DNA from: Candidatus Zambryskibacteria bacterium CG10_big_fil_rev_8_21_14_0_10_42_12
GTDB lineage: Bacteria > Patescibacteriota > Minisyncoccia > Phycocordibacterales > 1-14-0-10-42-12
Length of the DNA: 64,000 bases
Assembly (NCBI GenBank): GCA_002787695.1
Contig: PCXL01000011.1
Span: 61,155-125,154, forward strand
Direction of reading: 5' to 3'
Shown here piece by piece: positions 7,582-16,980 of the stretch. The notes beneath the pieces were generated by a model. The model made no database searches. It saw only the letters and a list, made by a program, of their open reading frames with translations, and was not told where the DNA came from. Made by a program: the position numbers and the translations under genes. Within the stretch, counting starts at the first letter, position 1. Every line of letters begins with the position of its first letter.

Positions 7582-8523
7582 ATGCCAGCAAATAATCTTG
7601 GGAAAATTTCAAAAGTGGAGTTTAGGAAAGCGTGGAATCATGAGGCTTCTGATTTTACAAATTGGCTCGCGGAGGAAGAAAACCTACGCCTCTTGAGTGA
7701 TGAAATCGGTATTGATATTAAACTTATTCAAACAGAAGCAAGTGTGGGGAAATTTAATGTTGATATTCTGGCAGAAGAGGAAAACACAGGAAAGAAGATT
7801 GTCATTGAAAATCAACTCGAAGCGACAAACCATGACCATCTTGGGAAAATTATTACCTATGCGTCTGGCTACGAGGCAAATATTGTCATTTGGGTTGTGA
7901 AGGAAGCGAGAGAGGAACATCGACAAGCGGTCGACTGGCTCAATGAGCATACTGATGAGGATCTTGCATTCTTTTTGATACAAATAGAATTGTGGCAGAT
8001 CGGGATGTCTCCGTTTGCACCTAAGTTTGAAATGATTTCTAAGCCAAATGATTGGGCTAAAACAATAAAGCAATCAGTCGGAAGTAATAAAGTAACCGAA
8101 ACAAAGGCGCAGCAATTGCAATTTTGGGAACAGTTTAAGAATTATGCAAAGGACCATAATACAAATTTGAGATTGCAGAAAGCTTATCCACATCACTGGA
8201 TGAACGTCAGTATTGGGAGTAGCCATGCACATATGGCACTTTCTATGAGTTCATTTGATGAGGTGATGCGAACAGAGCTGTATATACCAGATAATAAAGA
8301 AATATATAATTTTTTGTATAAGCAAAGAGATAAGATTGAAAAAGAATTTGGCATGAAGCTCGAGTGGATGGAATTACCAGAAAGAAAAGCGAGTCGTATA
8401 AAAGTAGAAACTTCAGGCCTTATAGATAATACGGACGAATGGGAAACATATTTTGCATGGCTTCAAAAAACCGCCGAAGATTTTCAACGAGTTTTTTCAA
8501 AAATTTTAAAAAAGTATAAATAA
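7582..8523 (+). CDS. DUF4268-type protein with N-terminal NucS-like nuclease domain
   Basis: WNHEASDFTNWL, VDILA, VIENQL..TNHDHLGKIITYA and LEWMELPERKASRI. Confidence 0.8.
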   Translation: MPANNLGKISKVEFRKAWNHEASDFTNWLAEEENLRLLSDEIGIDIKLIQTEASVGKFNVDILAEEENTGKKIVIENQLEATNHDHLGKIITYASGYEANIVIWVVKEAREEHRQAVDWLNEHTDEDLAFFLIQIELWQIGMSPFAPKFEMISKPNDWAKTIKQSVGSNKVTETKAQQLQFWEQFKNYAKDHNTNLRLQKAYPHHWMNVSIGSSHAHMALSMSSFDEVMRTELYIPDNKEIYNFLYKQRDKIEKEFGMKLEWMELPERKASRIKVETSGLIDNTDEWETYFAWLQKTAEDFQRVFSKILKKYK

Positions 8524-8527
8524 TCCC

Positions 8528-8671
8528 ATGAACTCATCTAAAACTCTCTATATCATGTGTGGTGTGGGATTTGCGGGGAAATCTACCCTTGCGAAAAAGA
8601 TCGCGGAATATACCGGGGCGACTTTGGTCAGTCAGGATGCTATGTATTTTGAAAAAGAAGAGGTAAGTTGA
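8528..8671 (+). pseudogene. Truncated P-loop kinase (AAA_33-like) fragment
   Basis: MNSSKTLYIMCGVGFAGKSTLAKKIAEYTGATLVSQDAM... stops after 47 aa. Confidence 0.75.
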
Positions 8672-8714
8672 CACATTACGTGTTAAGTAGTATTAAGTAG
8701 ATGGAGGGCAGAGG

Positions 8715-9362
8715 ATGCCGAATCATACGAAGTGGACTGATGACAGGTTGGCTGTGGTTCGAGAACTTGCGAGTGAGCAAGGTCTTACTGCACGTGCAAT
8801 ATTTGCCCTGCAAAGACCAGAGCTTACTGGATTCACCGAGCGTGCGATCCAAAATACGATGGCTCGGTTTGGGTACACGGATCCAAGGCGGAGCGCGCAA
8901 CGAAAGCGTGCGCGTCGCCTAACGAAGGACGAGAAGGAACGACTGATCGAATATCTCGAAGGTGACGGCGCAAAGAAATCGAACAAGCTCGTGGCAAAGA
9001 AGCTCAAAGTGCCGCTTGCTAGTGTCGAGTACTGGCGTAAGCAACTAGGTCAACGGGTCGATCGTAACAAGATTTTCAAATCTGCTGTGTATCGGCGGAG
9101 CGCGTCACGTCGGGCAACTCTGTATGGCCAAGAGATCAGAGAGGCGCGTCGAGCGCAATTTCGGGCGAGGCGCACACGTCTTATCCAACAACTGAGGAAG
9201 CAACCGGACAAGGTTTGTAGGACCTGTAAGGAGCCTTGGTTTGAAGATGAATTCTTCTTTTATCGCGCTTCGACGCGAAGCAAAGACAACAAGCGCTTAT
9301 TGTTTGCGACGTGCAAGGCGTGCGTCAGTGAACAGAGGGCGCGACAACGACGTCATGTCTGA
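8715..9362 (+). CDS. Basic putative DNA-binding protein with HTH-like segments and a C-terminal CxxC..CxxC zinc ribbon
   Basis: GGAGG RBS, TTGACA at 8668, KVCRTCKE...CKAC, terminator-like hairpin after the stop. Confidence 0.65.
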   Translation: MPNHTKWTDDRLAVVRELASEQGLTARAIFALQRPELTGFTERAIQNTMARFGYTDPRRSAQRKRARRLTKDEKERLIEYLEGDGAKKSNKLVAKKLKVPLASVEYWRKQLGQRVDRNKIFKSAVYRRSASRRATLYGQEIREARRAQFRARRTRLIQQLRKQPDKVCRTCKEPWFEDEFFFYRASTRSKDNKRLLFATCKACVSEQRARQRRHV

Positions 9363-9525
9363 AAATGGGGGTCACCTGAAACACGGGTGACCCTTGTTCT
9401 TTTTTGTCTGAGCATTCTATATAATGTACACGCATAGGTAGACTCGCCGGTTTTCAGGCTCTCAGTTTTTGAAAGAAGATCATCTTCTGAACATGACGCA
9501 TTCTTACATGCAGTTTTTGTATTGC

Positions 9526-9597
9526 AAAAACCCAGAACGGAGCGTTTGGGGAAACAACCCTTAAAAAGGATTGACAAACGCTCCGTTCTGGGTTTTT
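9526..9597. repeat. Long inverted repeat (23-bp arms)
   Basis: AAAAACCCAGAACGGAGCGTTTG ... CAAACGCTCCGTTCTGGGTTTTT. Confidence 0.85.
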
Positions 9598-9702
9598 AAC
9601 GTGCTTTCACCTTCATGAATGCCTTGCGGGCATTTTAATGATTTACAAGCTAAAGTCAAATATATGGCTCTGTTGGGTTTGACACTCAAAAAAATGTATC
9701 TC

Positions 9703-9757
9703 TTGTCCACAAAATGTGGATAAAGTTCGTTGACTCTTCATGGTCACGTCGTACCAT
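9703..9757 (+). promoter_or_regulatory. sigma70-like promoter preceded by an inverted pair of DnaA-box-like 9-mers
   Basis: TTGTCCACA-AAA-TGTGGATAA (9703-9723), then TTGACT-N16-TACCAT (9730-9757). Confidence 0.5.
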
Positions 9758-10078
9758 TAGAAGTACGAGAACTGATGGGAAACCAGTACTCGGTCGCCGA
9801 CTATGCAATACAACTGGTTTCCAAAATTTTTCATAGCAGTATAAAACCGACAAACCCGGGGAAGAGGTATGTCGGTTTTTCGTAAAATTTGAAACCAGTT
9901 AGTCGAGAACCTCGACAATCCAAATGACAGAGCACAGAACGTGTTTGTGTTTTGATATTTGGATTGCCATTACGTATATCCCTTACACGGAGTATGCGTA
10001 TCGCAATTCAAAGTTAATGGTCGATATCATTCTCGTACGAGAAATTTATTACAAGAATTAATTAATCAAAGTAAAGAT

Positions 10079-10714
10079 ATGAAGAAAGTAACAGCAATTA
10101 TTGCTACAGTAGCATTTCTCGCAAGTGTGAACGTAGCAAACGCATGGTACTGGGGCGGATGGAATGATGATGACAATACGGTAAACATCAATACTACAAA
10201 TTCTGCAACAGTTTCAAATACAGTAACTACAAAGGCAAACACTGGCTCAAACACAACAGTTGGCGGTAGTGCTGGTAACACAGTATCTGGGTATGGCAAC
10301 AACGGTGGTAATGATGCTACTGGAGGAGATGCAGATGTTGATACTGGTGATGCAACAGCAGTTAGTGATGTTCTCAACAATGTGAACGGAACTGACATTA
10401 ACGTTGTTGGTCCAGACTGTGGTTGTGAAGGTGACAACGAAGTAAACGTAAACGTTAGAAATAGCGCAACGGTTACAAACGATGTTTACACCAAAGCAAA
10501 CACGGGCTACAACACAACAGTTGGCGGCAGTGCAGGTAATGATGTAGACGGCGCTACTCGCCCATGGTGGAGAAGACATCATGTGGTAAATGGTGGCAAC
10601 AACGGTGGTAATGATGCTACTGGAGGAGATGCAGATGTTGATACTGGAGAAGCAGTAAGTGGTACGGTGGTATCTAATTACGTAAACCAGACAATAGTTC
10701 GCGTACGACGATAA
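10079..10714 (+). CDS. Secreted Asn/Thr/Gly/Val-rich protein with two NTGxN...TGDA repeats
   Basis: Signal peptide MKKVTAIIATVAFLASVNVANA; two internal repeats 100 aa apart. True start taken as 10079. Confidence 0.85.
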   Translation: MKKVTAIIATVAFLASVNVANAWYWGGWNDDDNTVNINTTNSATVSNTVTTKANTGSNTTVGGSAGNTVSGYGNNGGNDATGGDADVDTGDATAVSDVLNNVNGTDINVVGPDCGCEGDNEVNVNVRNSATVTNDVYTKANTGYNTTVGGSAGNDVDGATRPWWRRHHVVNGGNNGGNDATGGDADVDTGEAVSGTVVSNYVNQTIVRVRR

Positions 10715-10740
10715 TCGTACAAGGTGAGGAAGGTTCCCTT

Positions 10741-10780
10741 CCTCCCGCAAAATCCCATATTTTCGGGATTTTGCGGGAGG
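10741..10780 (+). terminator. Intergenic hairpin (terminator or mRNA stabiliser)
   Basis: CCTCCCGCAAAATCCC ... GGGATTTTGCGGGAGG. Confidence 0.55.
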
Positions 10781-10793
10781 AACACCGAAAATT

Positions 10794-11285
10794 ATGAAAA
10801 GAAACATCGTGTACATACTCTATATGGGAATATTATGGGCACTCGCACTCCCTGCGCAGGCTTATACAGAGGTGACAAATACGGTGACAACAGAGGCAAA
10901 TACAGGAGGCGGAGGTGGTACGGCGACGGTCAACACAAAGATCTACACAGAGGTAAATGGGGAGGTGATAACTGATATCGATGAGACAAAGACAAGCACA
11001 GACGGTTCTCCTGTAGTGATAGAAAAGGAAATCACATATTCAGATAATTGGAGAGATATACCAACGGACATAGACATGGTTTCAGAAACTCGTACGGAGA
11101 CATCTGTACAGGTTAAAGAGGATTCAGTAATGATGAATGAAGATGATGTCGATGCTATGGAAGAAGTAATGGAGGAGATGACGGAGGAGCGTCTAGAAGA
11201 TGTTGAGGCAAGATCAGAGGCACAGGTAACCGTGTTTGCACGCATTAAAGTATTTTTCAAAACATATGTATTTTGGTGGCTATAA
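10794..11285 (+). CDS. Secreted/anchored acidic protein with one ANTGG repeat
   Basis: Signal peptide ending AQA; VTNTVTTEANTGG; amphipathic aromatic C-terminus. Confidence 0.75.
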   Translation: MKRNIVYILYMGILWALALPAQAYTEVTNTVTTEANTGGGGGTATVNTKIYTEVNGEVITDIDETKTSTDGSPVVIEKEITYSDNWRDIPTDIDMVSETRTETSVQVKEDSVMMNEDDVDAMEEVMEEMTEERLEDVEARSEAQVTVFARIKVFFKTYVFWWL

Positions 11286-13938
11286 AAAAGACCCAATATG
11301 TGAACAAGTGCTAGCGATATGGATCGCGCTTGTGCTTGTATGTGTTCCTGGTGCACCACTGTATGCTGAAGAAGGTGGAGATGCGGAGATAAACACTGGA
11401 GACGCGACTGTTTCGGTTGAAGCAACAAATAGTGCGAACAACAATGTTGTAGACACTGAACCAGAACCAGATCCAGCAGAGGAAGAAGAACAACCTGAAT
11501 CTGTAGAGGAACAAAGTGCTGGCGAGTCAGATGGATCAACAGAAGAAGGTGGGGACGACGAAGGTGCCACATCATCGCCGAGTTTATTGAGTCAGGAACA
11601 GCATGAATTGGCAACGAGTACGGCAACATCGACAGACCCAGTTGCTCAAACGGAGGTCGCTTCAACAACGGGCACGACTACTACACACACAACTATAGAT
11701 ATTGATAATGAAGCACATCTGGAATCAGGTGCCGATTTACTTGCACAGACAGGCGAGAATACTGCGACAAGCACAGGAACGACCACGATAGAAACGGGTG
11801 ATGCATATGCAAACGTAAATATTTTGAATATTGCGAATACAAATATTATTGATTCCTACGGTTTCATGTTGCTCCTTAATAGTTTTATGGGAGATATTGG
11901 AACGATAGATTTTAGAGATTTTATAGCACCATTACTTTTTAATAATAATCAGCAGTCATCTTGTGGTACCGGAGTTTGTGGAGGAGATGATACGCTCGAT
12001 ATTTCTGGAACCAGTACAACAACCATAAACAATGCCGTTATCGTGCGTTCGCAGACTGGTGGCAACTCTGCTTCTGGTGGTGATGCGTCAATACAAACAG
12101 GAGATGCATATGCGGGTGCTAATGTGGTCAATATCGCGAATACTAATATTGTTGATTCGAACTATATGTTGCTTGCCCTCAACAATTTTGGAGATTGGTC
12201 GGGGGATTTGGTGTTGCCTGGAAAAGATTTCTTTATCAATATGCTCTATGGCATGGGTACGACTGGCGCAGGAACAGTGACGGTGAATACAGAAAACAAT
12301 GCGAACATTGAAAACGGAGTTTCTACAGTTGCCGATACAGGAGGTAACACTGCAACAAGTACAGAGAGTGGAGCCAATATTGAAACAGGAAATGCTACAG
12401 CTCAAACAAACGTAACGAATGTAGTAAACCAAAATTTCTTTAATCAGGATTCACTATTTATTATCTTTAAAGTGCATGGCACATGGTCGGGAAATGTATT
12501 TGGACTACCGCCAGGGCTTTCATGGCGCGAGACACCGCATGGTATTGAAGTATTTGGAAGTGGACAGACGCAGACAGGTTCATCTGGTACTGGCTTGAAT
12601 AATCTCTCGATAAACCAACAGAACAATGCCGACATTAAAAACAACGTAGAACTGTATGCTCTTACGGGAGAAAATGAAGCAGGGGGAGGTAATACATCTA
12701 TTCAAACAGGTAATGCGTACGCCGGTGCCAATGTGGTTAATATGGCAAACACTAATATCATTGGCCGCAACTGGATACTTGCCATCGTAAACATCTTTGG
12801 TGACTGGAATGGAAACTTGGCCTTTGGACGACCTGACCTCTGGATAGGTGGCAAAATAGAGCCCGTAAACCCAATGAGTCCTATTGGACCCGGTTCTGAA
12901 CTTCGATATAAAGTTGTTGTGGTAAATAGAGGAGATTCTGATGCGACAGATGTTGTGCTTAAACATCGTTTTGATGTGCCATTTGTCTCATTTGTAGACA
13001 CAAGTAATCCTCAGAAGGTGAATGAGAGAGATACACTATGGAATATTGGCACGATCGCTGTTGGCGAACATGTTGAAATAACATTGCCTGCAGTGGTAAA
13101 AAGTGCACGTGAAATTGTAAGTGGTACAACTCGTATTGAGAGCATGTTTGAGGTTACGTCGTTTGAAACGGATGCTGACAGTGGTGACAACAAAGAGCAT
13201 CTTTCTGTTGTTATAGATAACTATGATGCAAACCTATCTCCAGTAAATCTAAATCCAAACATAGAAGAACCGGTCGTGCCGGTATTACCAGACTTTAGTG
13301 TAGTGAAGACGAGCAGTACTCATACAACAGTGGCAAGCAGTACAGTGGAATATACCGTGACGCTTAAAAATAATGGTGGGTTTGCGCCTGATGCGGTAGT
13401 GATCGATGCACTCAAAGATGAGAACGGAAATATTGTTTTTGAGCAGGTATGGCAACTCGGTCCCGTCTATGAGAATGAGGAAATTACCATTACATACGGA
13501 ACTATCTTTAGTGGTGATATGGAACCGGGATTATACACAAACACTGCAGAAGTCATTGCAAAAGTATCTACCGATAGCGAAGATGTTATCCGATCTTCCG
13601 CCGATGCGATCGTCGCACTGGAAGCAGGTGTAGTGGTAGAACCGCCAGTGATTCCTGCACCAGTGGTACAGCCTGTCAGACGACAGATTGTGGCGATGAA
13701 TGATACATACGGTATAACCCTGATCCCTCCGATGTGTAGCCTCTACAGTTGCTTAATAGATACGGATGATGAGGCTTCTACTCAATTTGGGTTCGGTAAC
13801 ATGTTTCTCGCATCAGCCTTTGGTAGCGGATTCCCGCCAAGTGACGATAGATCACTCAAACTCTTTATTTTGGCAGCAGTCATGTATGCGGTTGGCAGAC
13901 CAAGAGAGAATCGTCATGGCATGTCACTGTTCTTCTAA
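11266..13938 (+). CDS. Large surface protein with NTGxN/TGDA repeats, two DUF11-like Ig domains and a C-terminal anchor
   Basis: Repeated I(E/Q)TG(D/N)A(Y/T)A..NVVN..NTN; YKVVVVNRG.S.ATDV and YTVTLKNNGG..YTNTA; hydrophobic C-terminus. Start uncertain. Confidence 0.85.
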   Translation: MYFGGYKKDPICEQVLAIWIALVLVCVPGAPLYAEEGGDAEINTGDATVSVEATNSANNNVVDTEPEPDPAEEEEQPESVEEQSAGESDGSTEEGGDDEGATSSPSLLSQEQHELATSTATSTDPVAQTEVASTTGTTTTHTTIDIDNEAHLESGADLLAQTGENTATSTGTTTIETGDAYANVNILNIANTNIIDSYGFMLLLNSFMGDIGTIDFRDFIAPLLFNNNQQSSCGTGVCGGDDTLDISGTSTTTINNAVIVRSQTGGNSASGGDASIQTGDAYAGANVVNIANTNIVDSNYMLLALNNFGDWSGDLVLPGKDFFINMLYGMGTTGAGTVTVNTENNANIENGVSTVADTGGNTATSTESGANIETGNATAQTNVTNVVNQNFFNQDSLFIIFKVHGTWSGNVFGLPPGLSWRETPHGIEVFGSGQTQTGSSGTGLNNLSINQQNNADIKNNVELYALTGENEAGGGNTSIQTGNAYAGANVVNMANTNIIGRNWILAIVNIFGDWNGNLAFGRPDLWIGGKIEPVNPMSPIGPGSELRYKVVVVNRGDSDATDVVLKHRFDVPFVSFVDTSNPQKVNERDTLWNIGTIAVGEHVEITLPAVVKSAREIVSGTTRIESMFEVTSFETDADSGDNKEHLSVVIDNYDANLSPVNLNPNIEEPVVPVLPDFSVVKTSSTHTTVASSTVEYTVTLKNNGGFAPDAVVIDALKDENGNIVFEQVWQLGPVYENEEITITYGTIFSGDMEPGLYTNTAEVIAKVSTDSEDVIRSSADAIVALEAGVVVEPPVIPAPVVQPVRRQIVAMNDTYGITLIPPMCSLYSCLIDTDDEASTQFGFGNMFLASAFGSGFPPSDDRSLKLFILAAVMYAVGRPRENRHGMSLFF

Positions 13939-14156
13939 ACTTCTACAATAAGAGCAAGCGCCCCGTGATGGGGCGCCTTGGTTAGGAATACGGCCTGTCC
14001 GTTACTGTCCAGAACGGCGATGACATGTTTCAGTTTTTCCTCGAGCTGCTTCAGCTCATCAGGATTTGCAAGTTCGATTTCTTTTTTCAAACTTTCCTCC
14101 AGGGGTATTGATTCTGCCTGTAATAATACGCTATTTTCCTGTTTTTTTAAAAGGAC

Positions 14157-14185
14157 ACCTTACAAAGGTTGAACCTTTGTAAGGT
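14157..14185. repeat. REP-like palindrome with AAGGTTSAACCTT core
   Basis: 14-bp arms and 1-nt centre; same core at 24438-24460. Confidence 0.7.
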
Positions 14186-14195
14186 TGGGATATGG

Positions 14196-15119
14196 TTACT
14201 TTCCAGCTTTCAAAAAGAGGTAAATGTCTTCAAGAGCTTTTACCGCATCGCCTGCAGCGATGTTGTTTTGGTGGTACTTTACATTCGTACAGTCGCCCGC
14301 AGCCCAGATACCAAGGGTACTCGTGCGCTGATTCCATGGATCGATCTCAATTTGTCCGTAGTCGTTGAGCTTCACCACATCCTTGGTGATGTTTGTTGCG
14401 GGTATTAATCCGATTTCTACAAAGATACCCGGCGCTGCAAGTTCTATGTCTTTGTTTTCTTTTGTGTCAGTGTATACGATGCTTGAGACGAATTTATCTC
14501 CTTTGATTTCTTTAGGTTGTGCGTTTAAAACGAGTTTGAAGTTTGGATGTTTTTTAACTTCATCGATGGTCACGGGATCTGCCTTGAGTGTCTCGCTTCT
14601 GTTGAGGAGGGTGACACTTTTTGCATAGGCGAGGAGCTGCGCCGCTGTTTCAAATGCTGCATTTCCACCACCCACGACCACCGTATCTTGACCTGCAAAC
14701 AGAGGGCCGTCACACGATGCGCAGTAGGTAAGTCCTTTATGTTCGAATGTGTCCGCACCAGGGACTTCGAGACGACGACGTTTGCTGCCGGATGTAATCA
14801 AAACCGTTTTTGTTCCGTAGCTACCCTTATCGGTTTCTACGGTAAAACCATTTCCACTTTGTGAAATATTTTTTACCCACTCGGGTACTTTTACATCCAC
14901 AATATCGCCTGCATATTGCTTTACGTGTGTTTCAAATGATTTAGCGAGATCTGCTCCTGAAATTGTAGGAGTTCCGATCCAGTTTTCAATGCCTTCTGAT
15001 ACATTGCTCTGTCCACCCCATTCTCCGGCAATAATAGCGCTCTTGAGGCGTTTTCGGGCCGCATAGACGGCTGCGGCGGCACCTGCAGGCCCGCCACCAA
15101 TAATGATTAAATCGTACAT
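14196..15119 (-). CDS. trxB: Thioredoxin reductase / AhpF-like disulfide reductase
   Basis: GGGPAG, YCASCDG, VVGGGNAA and WAAGD. Confidence 0.9.
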   Translation of the reverse strand: MYDLIIIGGGPAGAAAAVYAARKRLKSAIIAGEWGGQSNVSEGIENWIGTPTISGADLAKSFETHVKQYAGDIVDVKVPEWVKNISQSGNGFTVETDKGSYGTKTVLITSGSKRRRLEVPGADTFEHKGLTYCASCDGPLFAGQDTVVVGGGNAAFETAAQLLAYAKSVTLLNRSETLKADPVTIDEVKKHPNFKLVLNAQPKEIKGDKFVSSIVYTDTKENKDIELAAPGIFVEIGLIPATNITKDVVKLNDYGQIEIDPWNQRTSTLGIWAAGDCTNVKYHQNNIAAGDAVKALEDIYLFLKAGK

Positions 15120-15185
15120 GGAACTCAGTATATAGTACTTGGTACGTAGTATCTAGTATGAGATATGAGGTATACTGACTCTAGC

Positions 15186-15488
15186 ATGAAGTACTATAAG
15201 CTCGTACGGGACAAGATTCCCGCCATCATCCAAGATAAAGGGCAAACCTGCACATTTCATGTTGCAGAAGAGGAAGAGTATGAGGTAAAACTCAAGGAAA
15301 AACTACGAGAAGAGATAGAGGAGTTTTTAGCGAAGTTACATGAGGAAGAACTCGCGGACGTGATGGAGGTTATTGAAGCGTTGATGAAGTTTAAGGGCAT
15401 AGATCGCGATCGTCTTGAACGCATCAAGCAACAGAAAAGAGATGAGCGAGGAGGATTTGATGCGCGATGTATTCTTGACGAGGCGTAA
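15186..15488 (+). CDS. Nucleoside triphosphate pyrophosphohydrolase (MazG/PRA-PH-like)
   Basis: YKLVRDKIP, KLREEIEEF, EELADVMEV and KRDERGGF. Confidence 0.85.
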   Translation: MKYYKLVRDKIPAIIQDKGQTCTFHVAEEEEYEVKLKEKLREEIEEFLAKLHEEELADVMEVIEALMKFKGIDRDRLERIKQQKRDERGGFDARCILDEA

Positions 15489-15517
15489 CATGCGCGCGAC
15501 CTCTGGTCGCGCGCATG
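15489..15517. terminator. Bidirectional terminator
   Basis: CATGCGCGCGAC-CTCTG-GTCGCGCGCATG between convergent genes. Confidence 0.7.
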
Positions 15518-15531
15518 TTCTTTGTTATTGA

Positions 15532-16773
15532 TTATTTAAGTTTCGATCGTCTGAGAAATGCGGGTACAGCTCCCCAGTCGTCATCATCGTCCTCGTCTTC
15601 TTCATCGACGGGTTGTGGCTCAGGTTGTTTTGGTTGAGGTTTTGGTTCAGCAGGTCTTTGAGGCTGTTGTTGAGGTGCCTCTGTTCTTGGCTGAGAAACA
15701 GTATTAAAGATGCGTCCAATGCCTCTTGGTTCTTCTGAATCAGTCACTTCTTGTTGTTGAGGACGGACGACAGGGGTTGCTGGTTTAGATTCGTGAAAGA
15801 GTGTCTTTTTGAGAGCAGTTTCGGGGAATCCTGTCGCAATGACAGTAACTTTAACCTCACCTTTTTTAAGTTTATCGTCTCTTACTGTTCCAAAGATAAT
15901 TTTTGCTTCAGGATCTGCTGATTCAGTGATAACGCGGGCAGCGTCTTGGATCTCAAACATAGTGAGATCTTCACCGCCTGCAATAGAGAAGAGAACTCCA
16001 CGTGCTCCGTTTACTGAAAGTTCAAGTAGGGGAGAATTAATCGCGTTGCGTGCAGCTTCTTCCGCACGTTTCTCACCACTGGCTTTGCCGATACCCATGA
16101 GTGCAGGTCCTGCATTGGCCATAACTGCTCGTATGTCAGCAAAGTCGATGTTAATGATACCAGGTGTAGTGATAAGATCTGAGATGCCTTCTACTGCAGA
16201 TTTGAGCACATCATCGCACATAGCAAATGCGTTGCGGGCTGATGTGTCTTTGTCGATAGTGGCAAGGAGTCTGTCGTTTGGAATGACAATAATGGCATCA
16301 ACTGATTTTGAAAGTTCTTCAAGGCCTTTTTCAGCAAGGCGCATGCGCTGAGTTCCTTCAAATGAAAATGGTTTTGTCACAACGGCTACTGTCAGTGCGT
16401 CGAGTTCGTGTGCTGTCTTTGCAACTACTGGTGCAGCACCAGTACCAGTACCACCACCGAGGCCACTCGCGATAAACACCATGTCTGCACCTTTGATTGT
16501 TTCCTGGATTTCTTCTTTGGTTTCTTCGGCTGCGCGTTTACCCATGTCAGGGTTCATACCGGTACCGAGACCGCGGGTAAGATTTTTACCAATATGGATT
16601 TTCTTTTTAGCAAAAGAATTGTGAAGGTCTTGTGCATCAGTGTTTACAACGATAAATTCAACCCCTTTCACTTTTGAATTCACCATGTGGTTGACTGCGT
16701 TTTTTCCAGAACCACCAACACCGAGTACTTTGATTCGTGCAAATGTTTCAACATCCGGTTTAATTTGAGGCAT
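15532..16773 (-). CDS. ftsZ: Cell division protein FtsZ
   Basis: GLGGGTGTG, NIDFAD and C-terminal VPAFLRR. Confidence 0.99.
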   Translation of the reverse strand: MPQIKPDVETFARIKVLGVGGSGKNAVNHMVNSKVKGVEFIVVNTDAQDLHNSFAKKKIHIGKNLTRGLGTGMNPDMGKRAAEETKEEIQETIKGADMVFIASGLGGGTGTGAAPVVAKTAHELDALTVAVVTKPFSFEGTQRMRLAEKGLEELSKSVDAIIVIPNDRLLATIDKDTSARNAFAMCDDVLKSAVEGISDLITTPGIINIDFADIRAVMANAGPALMGIGKASGEKRAEEAARNAINSPLLELSVNGARGVLFSIAGGEDLTMFEIQDAARVITESADPEAKIIFGTVRDDKLKKGEVKVTVIATGFPETALKKTLFHESKPATPVVRPQQQEVTDSEEPRGIGRIFNTVSQPRTEAPQQQPQRPAEPKPQPKQPEPQPVDEEDEDDDDDWGAVPAFLRRSKLK

Positions 16774-16980
16774 AGCTTGTGTAGATTATATGTTCTAACT
16801 AGGGCCAGATATAAGGGAATTTTACTGTTATAAAGACAGAAAAACCGCTAGTTATGACCATAGTACCAAAGAAATAGGGCTTTACCATATTGACATCTTT
16901 TCAATACGGGTTGATGTACATGCTTTGTATGAGAAAGAGAACAGCCCGTCGCGTACGCGACGGGCTGGCGAAATTCATGG

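Noticed and set aside
2732-9400. Prophage or large integrative island bounded by tRNA-Ser/Glu att sites
   Set aside because: The only tRNA 3'-end repeats found lie about 200 bp from the tRNAs. No distal att copy, integrase or phage structural gene was seen.
9703-9723. Replication origin
   Set aside because: Only two DnaA-box-like sites and no dnaA/dnaN nearby; more likely a promoter-associated site.
13935-14090. 51-aa minus-strand ORF with GGAGG and TTG start
   Set aside because: Plausible but short, has no recognisable motif and runs through a hairpin; not enough support to list.
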